A stretch of 64,000 bases of DNA from an uncultured Gemmatimonadales bacterium (GCA_963701965.1 OY969695.1:3040001-3104000); one strand, 5' to 3'. Shown: positions 1-10,629, counted from the first letter of the stretch. Made by a program: numbers and translations. Notes: generated by a model not told the origin, from the letters alone.

Positions 1-1
1 G

Positions 2-1105
2 CCGACCAACCATCTCGACGCCGAGAGCGTCGCCTGGCTGGAGCGCCACCTGGCCGAGTTCAAGGGCACGGTCGTGGCGGTGACCCACGACCGGTATTTC
101 CTGGACAACGTCGCCGGCTGGATCCTGGAGCTGGACCGCGGCCACGGAATCCCGTACGAGGGCAACTACACGGCGTGGCTGGATCAGAAGCGCACGCGCT
201 TGGCGCAGGAGGAGAAGCAAGCCTCGGCCCGCCAGCGCACGTTGGAGCGGGAGCTGGAGTGGGTGCGCATGGCGCCGCGGGCCCGTCAAGCCAAGTCCAA
301 GGCCCGCGTGCAGCAGTACGAGGAGTTGGCCAAGGCCGACACGGCGGAGCGGGTGCTCCAGAACGAGATCATCATTCCGCCGCCACCGCGCTTGGGCAAC
401 GACGTCGTCATCGCCAAGGATCTCAAGAAGAGTTTCGGCGACACGCTGTTGTTCGAGGGGATGTCCTTCAGCCTGCCGCGCGGCGGGATCGTGGGCGTCA
501 TCGGCCCGAACGGCGCCGGCAAGACAACGCTTTTCCGGATGATCGTCGGCCAGGAGGCCCCCGACAGCGGCACGCTGACGGTCGGCGAGACCGTGCAGCT
601 GGCCTATGTCGATCAGGGGCGGGAGCTCAACGGCGCCAACACCGTCTATCAGGAAGTGAGCGGCGGGACCGACACCATTCAGGTGGGCAAGCGCGAAGTC
701 AACGCCCGCGCTTATCTCGCCAGCTTCAACTTCCGCGGCGCCGACCAGCAGAAGAAGGTCGCCGACCTCTCGGGCGGCGAGCGCAACCGGCTCCACTTGT
801 CCAAGCTCCTGAAGAGCGGCGGGAATCTCCTGCTGCTCGACGAGCCGACGAACGATCTCGACGTCGACACCCTGCGCGCACTGGAGGACGCACTCCTCGA
901 TTTCGCCGGGTGTGCCGTCGTCATCACGCACGACCGGTGGTTCCTCGACCGCATCGCGACCCACATCCTCGCCTTCGAGGGCAACAGTGAAGTCGTCTGG
1001 TTCGAGGGGAACTACCGGGCGTACGCCGAGGATCTGCACAAGCGAAAGGGGACGGACGCCGACCAACCGCACCGCATCGCCTACAAGAAGCTCGTACGCG
1101 CCTGA
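2..1105 (+). CDS. ettA: Energy-dependent translational throttle protein EttA (ABC-F), 5'-truncated by the window
   Basis: [14 protein letters not shown] at the window start, linker [22 protein letters not shown], second ABC domain GPNGAGKT / LSGGERNR / [12 protein letters not shown]-terminal PHRIAYKKL. Confidence 0.95.
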   Translation, partial: PTNHLDAESVAWLERHLAEFKGTVVAVTHDRYFLDNVAGWILELDRGHGIPYEGNYTAWLDQKRTRLAQEEKQASARQRTLERELEWVRMAPRARQAKSKARVQQYEELAKADTAERVLQNEIIIPPPPRLGNDVVIAKDLKKSFGDTLLFEGMSFSLPRGGIVGVIGPNGAGKTTLFRMIVGQEAPDSGTLTVGETVQLAYVDQGRELNGANTVYQEVSGGTDTIQVGKREVNARAYLASFNFRGADQQKKVADLSGGERNRLHLSKLLKSGGNLLLLDEPTNDLDVDTLRALEDALLDFAGCAVVITHDRWFLDRIATHILAFEGNSEVVWFEGNYRAYAEDLHKRKGTDADQPHRIAYKKLVRA

Positions 1106-1106
1106 C

Positions 1107-1346
1107 ATGCGCGCCCGGGGAAGCGGGCTCGTCGACTGGAAGGAGCATGGCGTCGACCAGAAGGGGTCGGACAACATTTGGATTGGCGTCATCGGACCCG
1201 ACACAAAGCCATTGGGCGAGCGGGCCAACACCGCGCCCGTGACGCAGTCCCAGATCGCGGCCACGGTCGCGGCGCTGCTCGGCCGCGACTTTCGGCGCGA
1301 TGCCCCGTCGGCGGCGCCGCCGCTGGCCGAGGTGTTGGCGCACTAG
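1107..1346 (+). pseudogene. C-terminal fragment of an alkaline-phosphatase-superfamily protein
   Basis: RGSGLVDWKEHG..GSDNIWIGVIGPDT..LGER..VTQSQIAATVAALLG resembles the C-terminus of AP-superfamily proteins; N-terminus absent. Confidence 0.5.
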
Positions 1347-1416
1347 CGCCCGCCCCACCTGTCCTAAAGCGTCGGTGGCAGACGTCATCCCGTTTGGCCT
1401 CTAACGGAGATGACCG

Positions 1417-1926
1417 ATGCCGCACCCCCACGAGGGCGATCTTCGCGCGTATCTCGACCGCGAGCTGCCTCCTGCCGCTGTGCAACAGTTGGAGACGCAT
1501 CTCCGGGGCTGCCTTGCCTGTCGGCGCGCACTTGCCGAGGCGCGCGACCGCGGCGACCGCGTCGACGCGTTGTTGGAGGTGGCCGGCGTCTCGTCCATTC
1601 GCCGGACCCCGCGGTGGGCCATGGCGATCGCCGGCGTCGCCGCCGCGGCGGTGGTCGCGACCTTCATTCTGCGCGGCGAACCGGCGACCCATAGCCGCGT
1701 GGCGGGCGCGACCCGCGTGCAGGATGTCTGCTGCTTCAACCTCGACGGCGGGGGTCCGGGCGACGACGGGCTCTTGACCGTGAGCCGGGCCGGCCAGATC
1801 GTCGACTGCGTCGTGTTGTACGAAGACCGGACCGGCACGCGCGCGTTCTCGCCGCGCGATCCCGTGCGGTTCGTCTCCCGTCCCAACGGCTGCGATCTGG
1901 CCGACCTGCACCGGGCGGGCTCGTGA
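1417..1926 (+). CDS. zf-HC2 anti-sigma-factor-like membrane protein
   Basis: HPHEGDLRAYLDREL..HLRGCLACR zinc motif, one TM segment, Cys/Asp-rich C-terminus; stop overlaps the next start (GTGA). Confidence 0.75.
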   Translation: MPHPHEGDLRAYLDRELPPAAVQQLETHLRGCLACRRALAEARDRGDRVDALLEVAGVSSIRRTPRWAMAIAGVAAAAVVATFILRGEPATHSRVAGATRVQDVCCFNLDGGGPGDDGLLTVSRAGQIVDCVVLYEDRTGTRAFSPRDPVRFVSRPNGCDLADLHRAGS

Positions 1927-4109
1927 GATACGGTCTGCTTGTTGCCATGCTCATGGCCGCGCCCCTCGTGGTCACGCCCCTCGCCGCTCAACAGACGCCG
2001 CCCATGACGCACGCCGACAGCGTGCGCGCCGACTCCCTGCGGCGGACCCAACACCGGCTGGCGACCGTCGTGGTGACCGACACGCGTCTGTCGCAAGCCG
2101 ACGAGCGGACGCCGTCGCAGGTCGAGGCCGTGGAGATCTCGCGCCACGTCCCGGGCCCCGAGGCCGTGCCCAATGCCATGCTCAATCTGCCCGGGGTCAC
2201 GGCCTTCGACGATCAGGGCCAGAGACTCCAGCCCCAAATCCAGGTTCGCGGGTTTACGGCCTCGCCGGTCGTCGGCAGTCCCCAGGGAGTGAGCGTCTTC
2301 GTGAACGGCGTGCGGGTCAACGAGCCGGACGCGCAGGAGGTGAACTTCGATCTCTTGCCGGCGGCCGCGATCGACCAGGCCACGCTCGTGCGCGGATCGA
2401 ACGTGCTGTTTGGCCGGAATTCACTCGGCGGGACGATTCTGTTCAACACGCGGCGCGGCGGCGACACCCCCGAGGCCGAGCTCGAGATCGGGGGCGGATC
2501 GTTCGGCGAGCAGACGCTGACGTTCACTAGTGGGGGTCGACTCGGCGGCGAGCACGGCATCGACGGATTCGTCGCCTTCACGGGCGAGAACGAGGTCGGG
2601 TGGCGCGACGCCTCGTCGTCCAACACGCGCAACCTCTTCGTCACGCTCGGACACCAGTGGGGCCCAACGCACGACAGCGGCGACGTCGCGCTCGACGTGC
2701 AGTACGGGCATGACCGGCTGTTCGAGGCCGGCTCTCTGCCCGTCAGCTACATCCAGATCCGGCCCACGATCAACTACACGCCGGGCGATTTCTTTGCGCC
2801 GGAAGCCGTCAACCTCACGTTGCGTGGGAACGAGCCCGTGGGCGGCGGCATTCTGCGCGGCACGCTGTACGGCCGGCGGAACAACTACGAGCAGTTCAAC
2901 GGCAACGTGCCGCCTCCCAACACGGATGGCTTCACGCACAATCTCTCCGGTGGCACAACCCTGGAGTGGACGCGGCCGTTCCTGATCGGGACGATCCCCG
3001 TCGGTTTCACCGTGGGCGCCGAGTATTCGCGCGAGTCGGCGCGGATCCATCTGATCAACGTCGGCGGGGGGTTGCCGGATTCGACGACGACCGCGTCGAC
3101 CATCAACCAGGACAACGCGGCGGCCTATGCGCAGGCGATCGTCACGGTGACGCCCGCGCTCAACATCACCGGCGGTCTGCGTGCCGATTACGTCCACATT
3201 CCCTATCGGGATAGTCTGGACGCGACCAACAACGGCAACAGCACCTATCGCCGCCTCTCGCCGGAGATCGGTGCGTCGTATCAGTTCACCGACGAGATCA
3301 AAGTGTTCGTCGCCTACAAGAGCGGCTTTCGGGCGCCGGCGCCGCTGGAGCTGGCGTGCGCGGATCCGACGGCCCCGTGCTCCTTGCCGTTCTCGCTCGG
3401 CGCCGATCCAACGCTCAAGCCTGTCACGACGCAGGATTACGAGGGAGGGTTCGACGTCGACTTGACGCGGCGCACGCACCTCGACGTCAATGCGTTCTGG
3501 ACGGACGTCGACAACGACATCGTGCTCGGCTCGCCGAACCTGACGGAGCAGTTCTTCTTGAACGCGCCGAAGACGCGTCGGGCGGGTGTCGAGGCTTCGG
3601 CGGAAGTCGGGTTGCCCGCGGGCTTCCGCGTGTTTGGCTCGTACAGCTATGTCGCCGCGACTTATCAGAGCGTCGTGGAGATCGCGACGCAGGACACGAC
3701 GCCCAAGCCGACGCAGCCGGGCGATATCATGCCGCTGTCGCCATTGCACCGGGGGCGGGTGGGCGTGGGGATGGGTCGTCTCCTCGGCCCACTGGTGGTC
3801 GACGGCGAGTTCGACATCCGGGGCTACTCCGGGCAGTACATGCGCGGCGACGAGTCGAATCAGCGTCCCCAGATCCCCGGCTATACGGTCGCGGGTCTCC
3901 GGGGCGCGTTCACCTATCGGCGGTACACGCTGGCGTTCCAGATCGAGAACCTCTTCGATCGGTCGTACGCCACGTACGGCATCCTGGCGCAGAACCAGTT
4001 GGGGCCATTCGGGCAGAACATGCCCGCGGGCGAAGATGCCCCCGTCGAGCCCTTTTTCACGCCTGGCTATGCGCGGCGGATCACTGTCACGCTTTCCGCC
4101 AAGCTTTAG
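1923..4109 (+). CDS. TonB-dependent receptor
   Basis: Signal peptide, plug motif VRGF..GVSVFVNGVRVNE, GRNSLGGTI, NLFDRSY, C-terminal beta strand. Confidence 0.92.
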   Translation: MRYGLLVAMLMAAPLVVTPLAAQQTPPMTHADSVRADSLRRTQHRLATVVVTDTRLSQADERTPSQVEAVEISRHVPGPEAVPNAMLNLPGVTAFDDQGQRLQPQIQVRGFTASPVVGSPQGVSVFVNGVRVNEPDAQEVNFDLLPAAAIDQATLVRGSNVLFGRNSLGGTILFNTRRGGDTPEAELEIGGGSFGEQTLTFTSGGRLGGEHGIDGFVAFTGENEVGWRDASSSNTRNLFVTLGHQWGPTHDSGDVALDVQYGHDRLFEAGSLPVSYIQIRPTINYTPGDFFAPEAVNLTLRGNEPVGGGILRGTLYGRRNNYEQFNGNVPPPNTDGFTHNLSGGTTLEWTRPFLIGTIPVGFTVGAEYSRESARIHLINVGGGLPDSTTTASTINQDNAAAYAQAIVTVTPALNITGGLRADYVHIPYRDSLDATNNGNSTYRRLSPEIGASYQFTDEIKVFVAYKSGFRAPAPLELACADPTAPCSLPFSLGADPTLKPVTTQDYEGGFDVDLTRRTHLDVNAFWTDVDNDIVLGSPNLTEQFFLNAPKTRRAGVEASAEVGLPAGFRVFGSYSYVAATYQSVVEIATQDTTPKPTQPGDIMPLSPLHRGRVGVGMGRLLGPLVVDGEFDIRGYSGQYMRGDESNQRPQIPGYTVAGLRGAFTYRRYTLAFQIENLFDRSYATYGILAQNQLGPFGQNMPAGEDAPVEPFFTPGYARRITVTLSAKL

Positions 4110-4403
4110 GCGGCGTTTCTCGCCGCTAAAGCAGTCGGTTGGCCTGGCTTGGCTCGCGCCAAGTTTTAGGCGGCGCTTCTCGCCGCTAAAACAGTCGGTT
4201 GGCCTGGCTTGGCTCGCGCCAAGTTTTAGGCGGCGCTTCTCGCCGCTAAAGCAGTCGGTTGGCCTGGCTTGGCTCGCGCCAAGTTTTAGGCGGCGCTTCT
4301 CGCCGCTAAAACAGTCGGTTGGCCTGGCTTGGCTCGCGCCAAGTTTTAGGCGGCGCTTCTCGCCGCTAAAACAGTCGGTTGGCCTGGCTTGGCTCGCGCC
4401 AAG
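4097..4403. repeat. Tandem repeat, 5 x 60 bp, each unit with two hairpins (REP/BIME-like)
   Basis: Unit cgccaagYtttaggcggcgYttctcgccgctaaaRcagtcggttggcctggcttggctcg repeats with exact period 60. Confidence 0.97.
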
Positions 4404-4450
4404 CCTTAGCTCGCTTGGCGATTGGTCCGGTTGGTGCGGTAGATCGGGGG

Positions 4451-5529
4451 ATGGCGACGGTGCAGTACCCGCGGGTGGTCGCTCTGGAACGGGAGCTCGG
4501 CGACGCGCACGTGCTGAGCGTGTTTCTGGAGCGGCCGCCGACGGCCCCGCCCGAGCGACATGCGTGGCAGGTTCGGTTCGACGAGAATGATCCACGCGCT
4601 CCGCGATGGGGACGGGGTTCGGCCACATGCCGAGCGCGCGGAGTTGGATCATGCGCTGGCGCAATTGCAGCGGCACTTGACGCGCACGGATGGGATCGCG
4701 CGGTCTCGCGGGTGGGTGGCCTACGTGACCGCGCGGGGGGTCATGCTGGCCGAGGCGTTGCCGGTCACGGTCCCGATGACGGTGTCGTGGGGGGCGCCGC
4801 GCGTGGCGCCTCTGCTTCGCACGTTCAAGGAGGCGCGGCCCGCGATCGTGGTGGTCGTCGATGGTCGAACGGCGGACATCTATCGCTACGCCGAAGGGGC
4901 GATCCAGGAGGTCGACCGATTGGCGGCGCCGGCTGAGATCCCATTTCATGGGGAGGCCAGCGGGCGCGCGGCGCGCCGGAAGGTCGAACGCGAGCGTGAA
5001 GCGGCGCGGGCGCGGCTCATGGGTGCGCTCGCCGACCGGTTGGTGCATTCTGGCGGGACTCGACGGTTGGTTGCTCGTGGGCGGGACTCCCGTCGCGGCG
5101 CGGGAGGCCTACGCGGCGTTGCCGGCGCGGGTTGCGGCTCGCGCGCGGTTGGTGCAGGCGCTGCACAAGGGCGCCACGGGGCCCGAGATCGCGGCGATGG
5201 CGGCGACGGCCGCGTCGTCGTTGCGGCGGGACGAGGATTGCGCGGCGGTGCGGCGGGTATTGGAGGGATTGGGTGCGGCGGGGCGCGGCGTGGTCGGCCC
5301 CGACGAAACCTTTGCCGCGTTAGCCGAGCGGCGGGTGGAGCGGTTGTTTGTGAGCCTCGCGTTTCTGGAGCAGCGGGGCGCCGAGGCGGAAATCGCCGTG
5401 CGCGAAGCCTTTGCCCAGCGGATTGCGGCCGAGGCTGTGGCGGGGGCGGGCGCCGAGCTCCTCGATGCGCGCGCGGGCGGGATCGCGGGCGAGCTGCGAT
5501 ACGTGGTGAGCAACGGCGCGTCGCAGTAG
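4451..5529 (+). pseudogene. baeRF/eRF1-like (release-factor family) protein with two frameshifts
   Basis: VLSVFL.., VSWGAPRVAPLL..AIVVVVDGRTADIY.., GVVGPDETFAALAERRVERLFV..GGIAGELRY spread over three frames. Confidence 0.6.
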
Positions 5530-5539
5530 TTTCGCTCGT

Positions 5540-7093
5540 ATGAAAGACGCGATCAATGAAGGCATAGCCGGGGTCACCGTGGTGCGCCCAGCGCCCGGGT
5601 CCGAGCGCGTGTTGACGGACGACGCGCTCGCTTTTCTCTCGCGGTTGCAGCGCCAGTTCGGCGCCACGCGGGAGACCGTTTTGCGGGCGCGGGCCGACCG
5701 GCAGCACCGGCTCGACGGCGGAGAGCGGCCGAAGCTGTTGGTGGAGACCGCCAATGTGCGGCGGGCCGAGTGGCGTGTGGCGCCGCCGCCGGGGGCGCTC
5801 ACGGAGCGGCGCGTGGAGATCACCGGGCCAACCGAGCGGAAGATGATGATCAACGCGCTCAATTCAGGCGCGAGCTGTTTCATGGCCGATTGCGAGGATT
5901 CGTTGTCGCCGACGTGGGAGAACGTCGTCGAGGGGCACGCGAATCTGATGGACGCGGTGCGGCGGACGTTGAGTTTTCGCGCGCCGGAGGGCAAGGAGTA
6001 CAAGCTCAGTGACTCGGTGGCGACGCTCTTGGTGCGTCCGCGCGGGTGGCATCTCGTCGAGCGCCACGTGCGGGTGGACGGGCATCCCATGTCGGCCAGT
6101 CTGTTCGACTTCGGGTTGTTCTTCTATCACAACGCGAAGGAGCAGATCGCGCGCGGCGCAGGTCCCTACTTTTACGTCCCCAAGTTGGAGAGCCATCGCG
6201 AAGCGCGGTTGTGGCGCGATGTGTTCGCGTTCGCCGAGCGGGAGTTGGGCGTGTCGGCGGGGACGATCCGGGTGACCGTGTTGATCGAGACCATCTTGGC
6301 GGCGTTCGAGATGGACGAGATCCTGCACGAGCTGCGCGACTACGGGTGCGCGCTCAACGCGGGGCGGTGGGACTACATCTTCAGTGTGATCAAGAAGTTT
6401 CATTCCGATCCGGCGTTCGTGTTGCCCGATCGGGCGCAGGTGACGATGACGGTGCCGTTCATGCGGGCGTATGCCGATCGGCTCGTCCGCACCTGTCATC
6501 ATCGTGGGGCGCAGGCGATCGGCGGGATGGCGGCGTTCATTCCCAGCCGGCGGGACGCCGAGGTGAACGCGACGGCGATGGCGAAGGTGCGCGAGGACAA
6601 GCAGCGCGAGGCCGGTGGCGGGTTCGACGGGACGTGGGTCGCGCATCCCGATCTCGTGCCGGTGGCGCGGGAGGCGTTTGCGGCGTGGAAGCCGGCGCCG
6701 GTCGGATCTGCGGCGGACGGCGAGACCGCGGCGTTGATCGACGTGCGGGTGCCGGGCGGTCAGGTGACCGAGGCCGGCGTGCGGAACAACATCAGCGTCG
6801 CCTTGCAATATCTCGAGGCGTGGATGCGCGGGTCGGGCGCGGTGGCCATCAACAACCTGATGGAGGACACGGCGACTGCGGAGATCTCGCGGGCGCAGTT
6901 GTGGCAGTGGATCCGGCAGGGGTTGGTGACGAAGGAGCGCTATCTCGAGATTCGGACGCCGGAGTTGGTGACCCACCGCGGGGCGGATCGGGGCGGGCGG
7001 TGGGATGATGCGGCGCAGTTCTTGGACGAGCTGGTGTTGAGCGAGGGGTTTCCCGAGTTTTTGACGGTCGCCGGCGCGCACTACCTGCGCTGA
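5540..7093 (+). CDS. aceB: Malate synthase A
   Basis: [56 protein letters not shown]. Confidence 0.96.
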   Translation: MKDAINEGIAGVTVVRPAPGSERVLTDDALAFLSRLQRQFGATRETVLRARADRQHRLDGGERPKLLVETANVRRAEWRVAPPPGALTERRVEITGPTERKMMINALNSGASCFMADCEDSLSPTWENVVEGHANLMDAVRRTLSFRAPEGKEYKLSDSVATLLVRPRGWHLVERHVRVDGHPMSASLFDFGLFFYHNAKEQIARGAGPYFYVPKLESHREARLWRDVFAFAERELGVSAGTIRVTVLIETILAAFEMDEILHELRDYGCALNAGRWDYIFSVIKKFHSDPAFVLPDRAQVTMTVPFMRAYADRLVRTCHHRGAQAIGGMAAFIPSRRDAEVNATAMAKVREDKQREAGGGFDGTWVAHPDLVPVAREAFAAWKPAPVGSAADGETAALIDVRVPGGQVTEAGVRNNISVALQYLEAWMRGSGAVAINNLMEDTATAEISRAQLWQWIRQGLVTKERYLEIRTPELVTHRGADRGGRWDDAAQFLDELVLSEGFPEFLTVAGAHYLR

Positions 7094-8230
7094 CTACCAG
7101 CGCAGGCGGAACGGCGTCAGATCGAAGCGCGTCGTTCCGGTCGTGATGCGGTCGGCGACGAGCTCGCCGATGACGCTGGCGAATTTGAACCCATGGCCGG
7201 AGCAGGGGCTCACGAGCTCCACGTGCGGATGCGCGGGGTGGGTGTCGATCACGAAGTGTTCGTCGGGGGTGTTCGTGTAGAGACAGACCGACGAGGCGAT
7301 CAGGGGCCCATCGGCGGCGGGCATGAACGTGCGGAGCAGAGCGCGGATGTAGGCGATCTCCTCGGGCGCCACGGTGCGCTCGACCCTATCCGGGTCCGTC
7401 GTCGCGGCGCCATCGCGGACGTGGTGCAACCCGATCTTGACGCCTTCACCGTAGTCGGGGAACGAATACCACGCGTGGTCGGGCGCGTATTCGCAGATGA
7501 TGACGGGGAAGCGCTCAGGCGCGAACAGCGTGGTGTGGTGGGCCGGTTGGAACCAGTGGACGACGTTGCGTTCGACGATGAGCGGGAGGTGGAGCCCGGG
7601 TGCGAGCTGGCGGAGCCAGGCACCGACGCTCAGGACGAGCCGGTCGGCTTCATATGTGTCCTGCGCGGTGGTGATGCGCACGCCGTCGCCGTTGCTCGTC
7701 CATTCGACGAGTGGCTCGTTGGTGCGGATGACGGCGCCCGCGGCGGCGGCCAGCGTGAGGTGGGCGCGGATGGCCGTTTCGGGTACCACGTATCCGGCGC
7801 GTGGTTCGAGGACGCCGACCATATCGGTCGTAGGGCGGAGTCCGGGGAACCGGCGCGTGATCTCGGATGCCGTGAGGGTTTCGTGGGGCAGGTGGTGGCG
7901 TTGGGCACTGGCGAGGGCGCCGGCGGCGACGCGTCCATCGGGCGGTCCCACCATGAGCCCGCCGGTGCGTTCCAGGATGCGTTCGCCGCTAAGCCGCTGC
8001 AGCGTATCCCATTGTTCGTAGGCCCGGGCGACGAGGGGGACATAGCGCGGGTCCTCGAAGTACGCCTCGCGGATGATGCGCGATTTGCCGTGCGAGGAGC
8101 CGAGCGTGTGTGGCGGGTCGTACCGGTCGAGTCCGAGGACGCGTTGGCCGCGGCGCGCCAGATGAAACGCGACGGCGCTGCCCATGGCGCCGAGGCCGGC
8201 GACGATCACGTCAAAGCGCGGGGACGTCAC
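7094..8230 (-). CDS. solA: N-methyl-L-tryptophan / monomeric sarcosine oxidase
   Basis: GLGAMGS FAD motif, GSSHGKSRIIREAYFE, CLYTNTPDEHF, CSGHGFKF. Confidence 0.9.
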   Translation of the reverse strand: MTSPRFDVIVAGLGAMGSAVAFHLARRGQRVLGLDRYDPPHTLGSSHGKSRIIREAYFEDPRYVPLVARAYEQWDTLQRLSGERILERTGGLMVGPPDGRVAAGALASAQRHHLPHETLTASEITRRFPGLRPTTDMVGVLEPRAGYVVPETAIRAHLTLAAAAGAVIRTNEPLVEWTSNGDGVRITTAQDTYEADRLVLSVGAWLRQLAPGLHLPLIVERNVVHWFQPAHHTTLFAPERFPVIICEYAPDHAWYSFPDYGEGVKIGLHHVRDGAATTDPDRVERTVAPEEIAYIRALLRTFMPAADGPLIASSVCLYTNTPDEHFVIDTHPAHPHVELVSPCSGHGFKFASVIGELVADRITTGTTRFDLTPFRLRW

Positions 8231-8406
8231 GACGGGGGAACATAGGGGTAGGGACGGTGGCGCGGCCAGCGCGACAGCACGCTGGCGGCACCGTGCCGCC
8301 ACTGGTGCATTGTTGCCCTATTCGCGCGTAGACGTCAGGGTTCGGAGCGCGATATATTACCGGGCCCGGCGCATGTGGTGAGTCGGCGGTGCAATGGGGA
8401 GTGTGA

Positions 8407-8479
8407 TGGGGTGTAGCTTAGCTGGCAAAGCGCCCGGCTGTTAACCGGGAGATCGCTGGTTCAAATCCAGCCGCCCCAG
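8407..8479 (+). tRNA. tRNA-Asn(GTT); integration target of the downstream array
   Basis: Acceptor tggggtg/cgcccca, anticodon arm cccgg-ctGTTaa-ccggg, T arm gctgg-ttcaaat-ccagc; CCA not encoded. Confidence 0.96.
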
Positions 8480-8640
8480 TTTCTAATCCTAACTGCGCTA
8501 GTGAGTTAGGCTGGCGACGCCGGTTGCCGAACACTTCGTCTTCCAACGGCACCCGCTGCGACTCCAACGGCACCCCGAGCCGGCAAACTTGCGCAATCTC
8601 GCCTCAACCTGCCTGAGCGCCCGGTGCACGACCGGGCGAC
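8480..8640 (+). repeat. Right arm type A, copy 1
   Basis: ctaact..agttag; caacggcacc at 8544 and 8565; cgcctcaac..cgcccggtgcacgaccgggcga. Confidence 0.9.
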
Positions 8641-9065
8641 TTAGATCGTCCGGCACTGGAAATCGGAGGTGGCGATGCGGATCGTCATTGTCGGTGTGGG
8701 TCTGGCTGATCTCATCGATCTCTTCAACAAACGGAGTTTGGGTGTACGCGCCAAGTCCGCCGGAGAGCCGTGCGGTCCAGCTACAACTGTAGTCGCGCGA
8801 GTGCGGAGCCGCGGGCTGAGGAGGGTATCGTAGATGTATGAAAGTCGACACGCGCACCCGAAGTCATAGCAAACCAATACAGTGGGGTCCACGTGTGCTG
8901 TGCGAAGACCGCTGGCGTGTTGAAGCGGTAATCAAGCGTGGGCACGTCGCGCGAATCGAACGCGTCGCGCTGATAGGCGATGCCGACGACATCTCCTGAG
9001 GCCTGTTCTCAAGTAAATGGGTCAGATCCCGAACGACGTGAGTGGCAGTGCAAGAGATTCAGCAA

Positions 9066-10016
9066 CTATGCCGTGCAGCCGCGCTGGTCCATTCCAGGGA
9101 GCCAGGACGACAGGTCCGTGCGCCAGATGTGCATCAGCCCATTGTTCCAGCTGTGCATCTGATCGAGCGCGATCGTCCCGCCGGGCGGTGTCCGGATAAC
9201 CCGATTGCTGCCGAAGAACAGCGTATGGCCATCGGGCGCGAAACGAGGCTCGATCTCCCGAAACGCGCTGTTGATGCCTGGACCCAGAGACAGCGGCTCC
9301 CCCCAAACGCCCTTCTTTCGGAAGACGATAAAGAGATCCAGGTCTTTGTCCGCGGTTGGTGGACGGTTCGACGCAAAGACGGCGTAGGATTCATCCGGCG
9401 CCACCGTCGGATCGACGTTGTTGTAATGCTCGTCGCTGAATGACACTCGCTGGGCCCGCGCGTATTGACCGCTCTTCATCTCCGACCGGAAGATCTGGAA
9501 ACGCCCCGAGTCCCCCGTCGGTTTCATGAAATACACGCTACCGTCCGCGACGATGCTCGGCGTGTACACAGATGAGTTCGCGTTTACCGTCTCCGGCAGC
9601 CGCACTGGCGCACTCCAACCGTTGCCGCGCCGGTCGACTCGCCAGAGGTTTCCGCCGGCGCCCGGGAAGACGCGGCCCCCGTAGTTCCCATCGAGTGGAA
9701 CGCCCCCATCCGTCGCCGGACGGTTGGATGCGAAGATCAGATAGGACCCGTCTGGCGCTAACGCGCCTTCCACATCGCGCCAGTGGCCGGAGAACGCGGC
9801 AATCGATGGTAGAGTCCAGTGGCCGCGCTCGAGGCGCGAGGTCACGATTGCGTCTTCCACGCCATTGCTCATCGTGTACCAGACCGCGCGGCAATCCGGA
9901 GCGAACGTCGGCGCGTAACTGGCCGCCCCGTTCGAGATGATGCCTGGCGCGAAGATCGTCGGCTGTTGTGCGCCGAGCGTAGGCGCCAGGAGTATCGTGA
10001 GCGCAAGCCATCGCAT
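9066..10016 (-). CDS. Secreted PD40/TolB-like beta-propeller protein
   Basis: Signal peptide; repeats PTFAPD, ALAPDGSYLIFASNRP, PTVAPDESYAVFASNR, PRFAPDGHTLFFGSNR. Confidence 0.85.
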   Translation of the reverse strand: MRWLALTILLAPTLGAQQPTIFAPGIISNGAASYAPTFAPDCRAVWYTMSNGVEDAIVTSRLERGHWTLPSIAAFSGHWRDVEGALAPDGSYLIFASNRPATDGGVPLDGNYGGRVFPGAGGNLWRVDRRGNGWSAPVRLPETVNANSSVYTPSIVADGSVYFMKPTGDSGRFQIFRSEMKSGQYARAQRVSFSDEHYNNVDPTVAPDESYAVFASNRPPTADKDLDLFIVFRKKGVWGEPLSLGPGINSAFREIEPRFAPDGHTLFFGSNRVIRTPPGGTIALDQMHSWNNGLMHIWRTDLSSWLPGMDQRGCTA

Positions 10017-10385
10017 GCTACGAAACTAGCACGCGGTTCCGCCGCTGCAAGGATAATGCAGCGAACTGACCATTCCCGCTCGCCAGCGAGTGCCGACCGG
10101 TCGCCGATGGTGACGGATCAGGGCTGTTAGCCGGCATAGAGCGCGACGATTGATCTGAGCGCACATGCGAGCAAGAGTGCCGCCGCGCGTGCTGCATTCG
10201 TTCAGGCCGATGGAGCCGATGCGTTGCCCGTCTCGAAAATCATTGACTTTCTGCCAGAGTCCCAGCACTTCGACTTACGTAGGGCGACACAATCGTCACA
10301 CCTTCATCAATGCCGGCTCGAATATCACCGAGGTGATCCCAGTGATGATGCACCGCGATCCAGGGGACGGCATCTGCCAGGTCAG

Positions 10386-10488
10386 TCACGGCATTTTCCG
10401 TCATGTTGAGAGCGAAGCCACAGCACCGACGCCCGCATTCGCCAACAAGTACGGTCTTTTGCAGGTTTTGGGGTAGACAACAGGAAGA
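10386..10488 (+). repeat. Left arm type X, copy 1
   Basis: tcacggcattttccgtcatg..gcaccgacgccc..caagtacggtcttttgcaggtttt..gtagacaacaggaaga; near-identical at 28453 and 32553. Confidence 0.92.
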
Positions 10489-10530
10489 CTGTTAGCCGGG
10501 AGATCGCTGGTTCAAATCCAGCCGCCCCAG
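10489..10530 (+). repeat. att core copy (tRNA-Asn 3' half), variant ctgttaG
   Basis: 41/42 identity to 8438-8479. Confidence 0.95.
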
Positions 10531-10625
10531 TTTGTAATTCCTTCAAGATCTGCGACTTGCAGAGCGAGTGCTCAGGCTTCGAGCACTCGGGGGCGCGTTG
10601 GGGACGCGTAATATCCGCCCGCGGC
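10531..10625 (+). repeat. Right arm type B, copy 1
   Basis: atctgcgacttgcagagcgagtgctcaggcttcgagcactcgggggcgcgttggg; also at 32698 and 44681. Confidence 0.9.
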
Positions 10626-10629
10626 CTGT

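Noticed and set aside
4097..4403. CRISPR array
   Set aside because: Units are contiguous and near-identical with no unique spacers; no cas genes in the window.
2421..5048. 875-aa minus-strand ORF with 20-aa repeats (and 3586-4590 on +)
   Set aside because: Shadow of the TonB receptor and the 60-bp DNA repeat; not protein-like.
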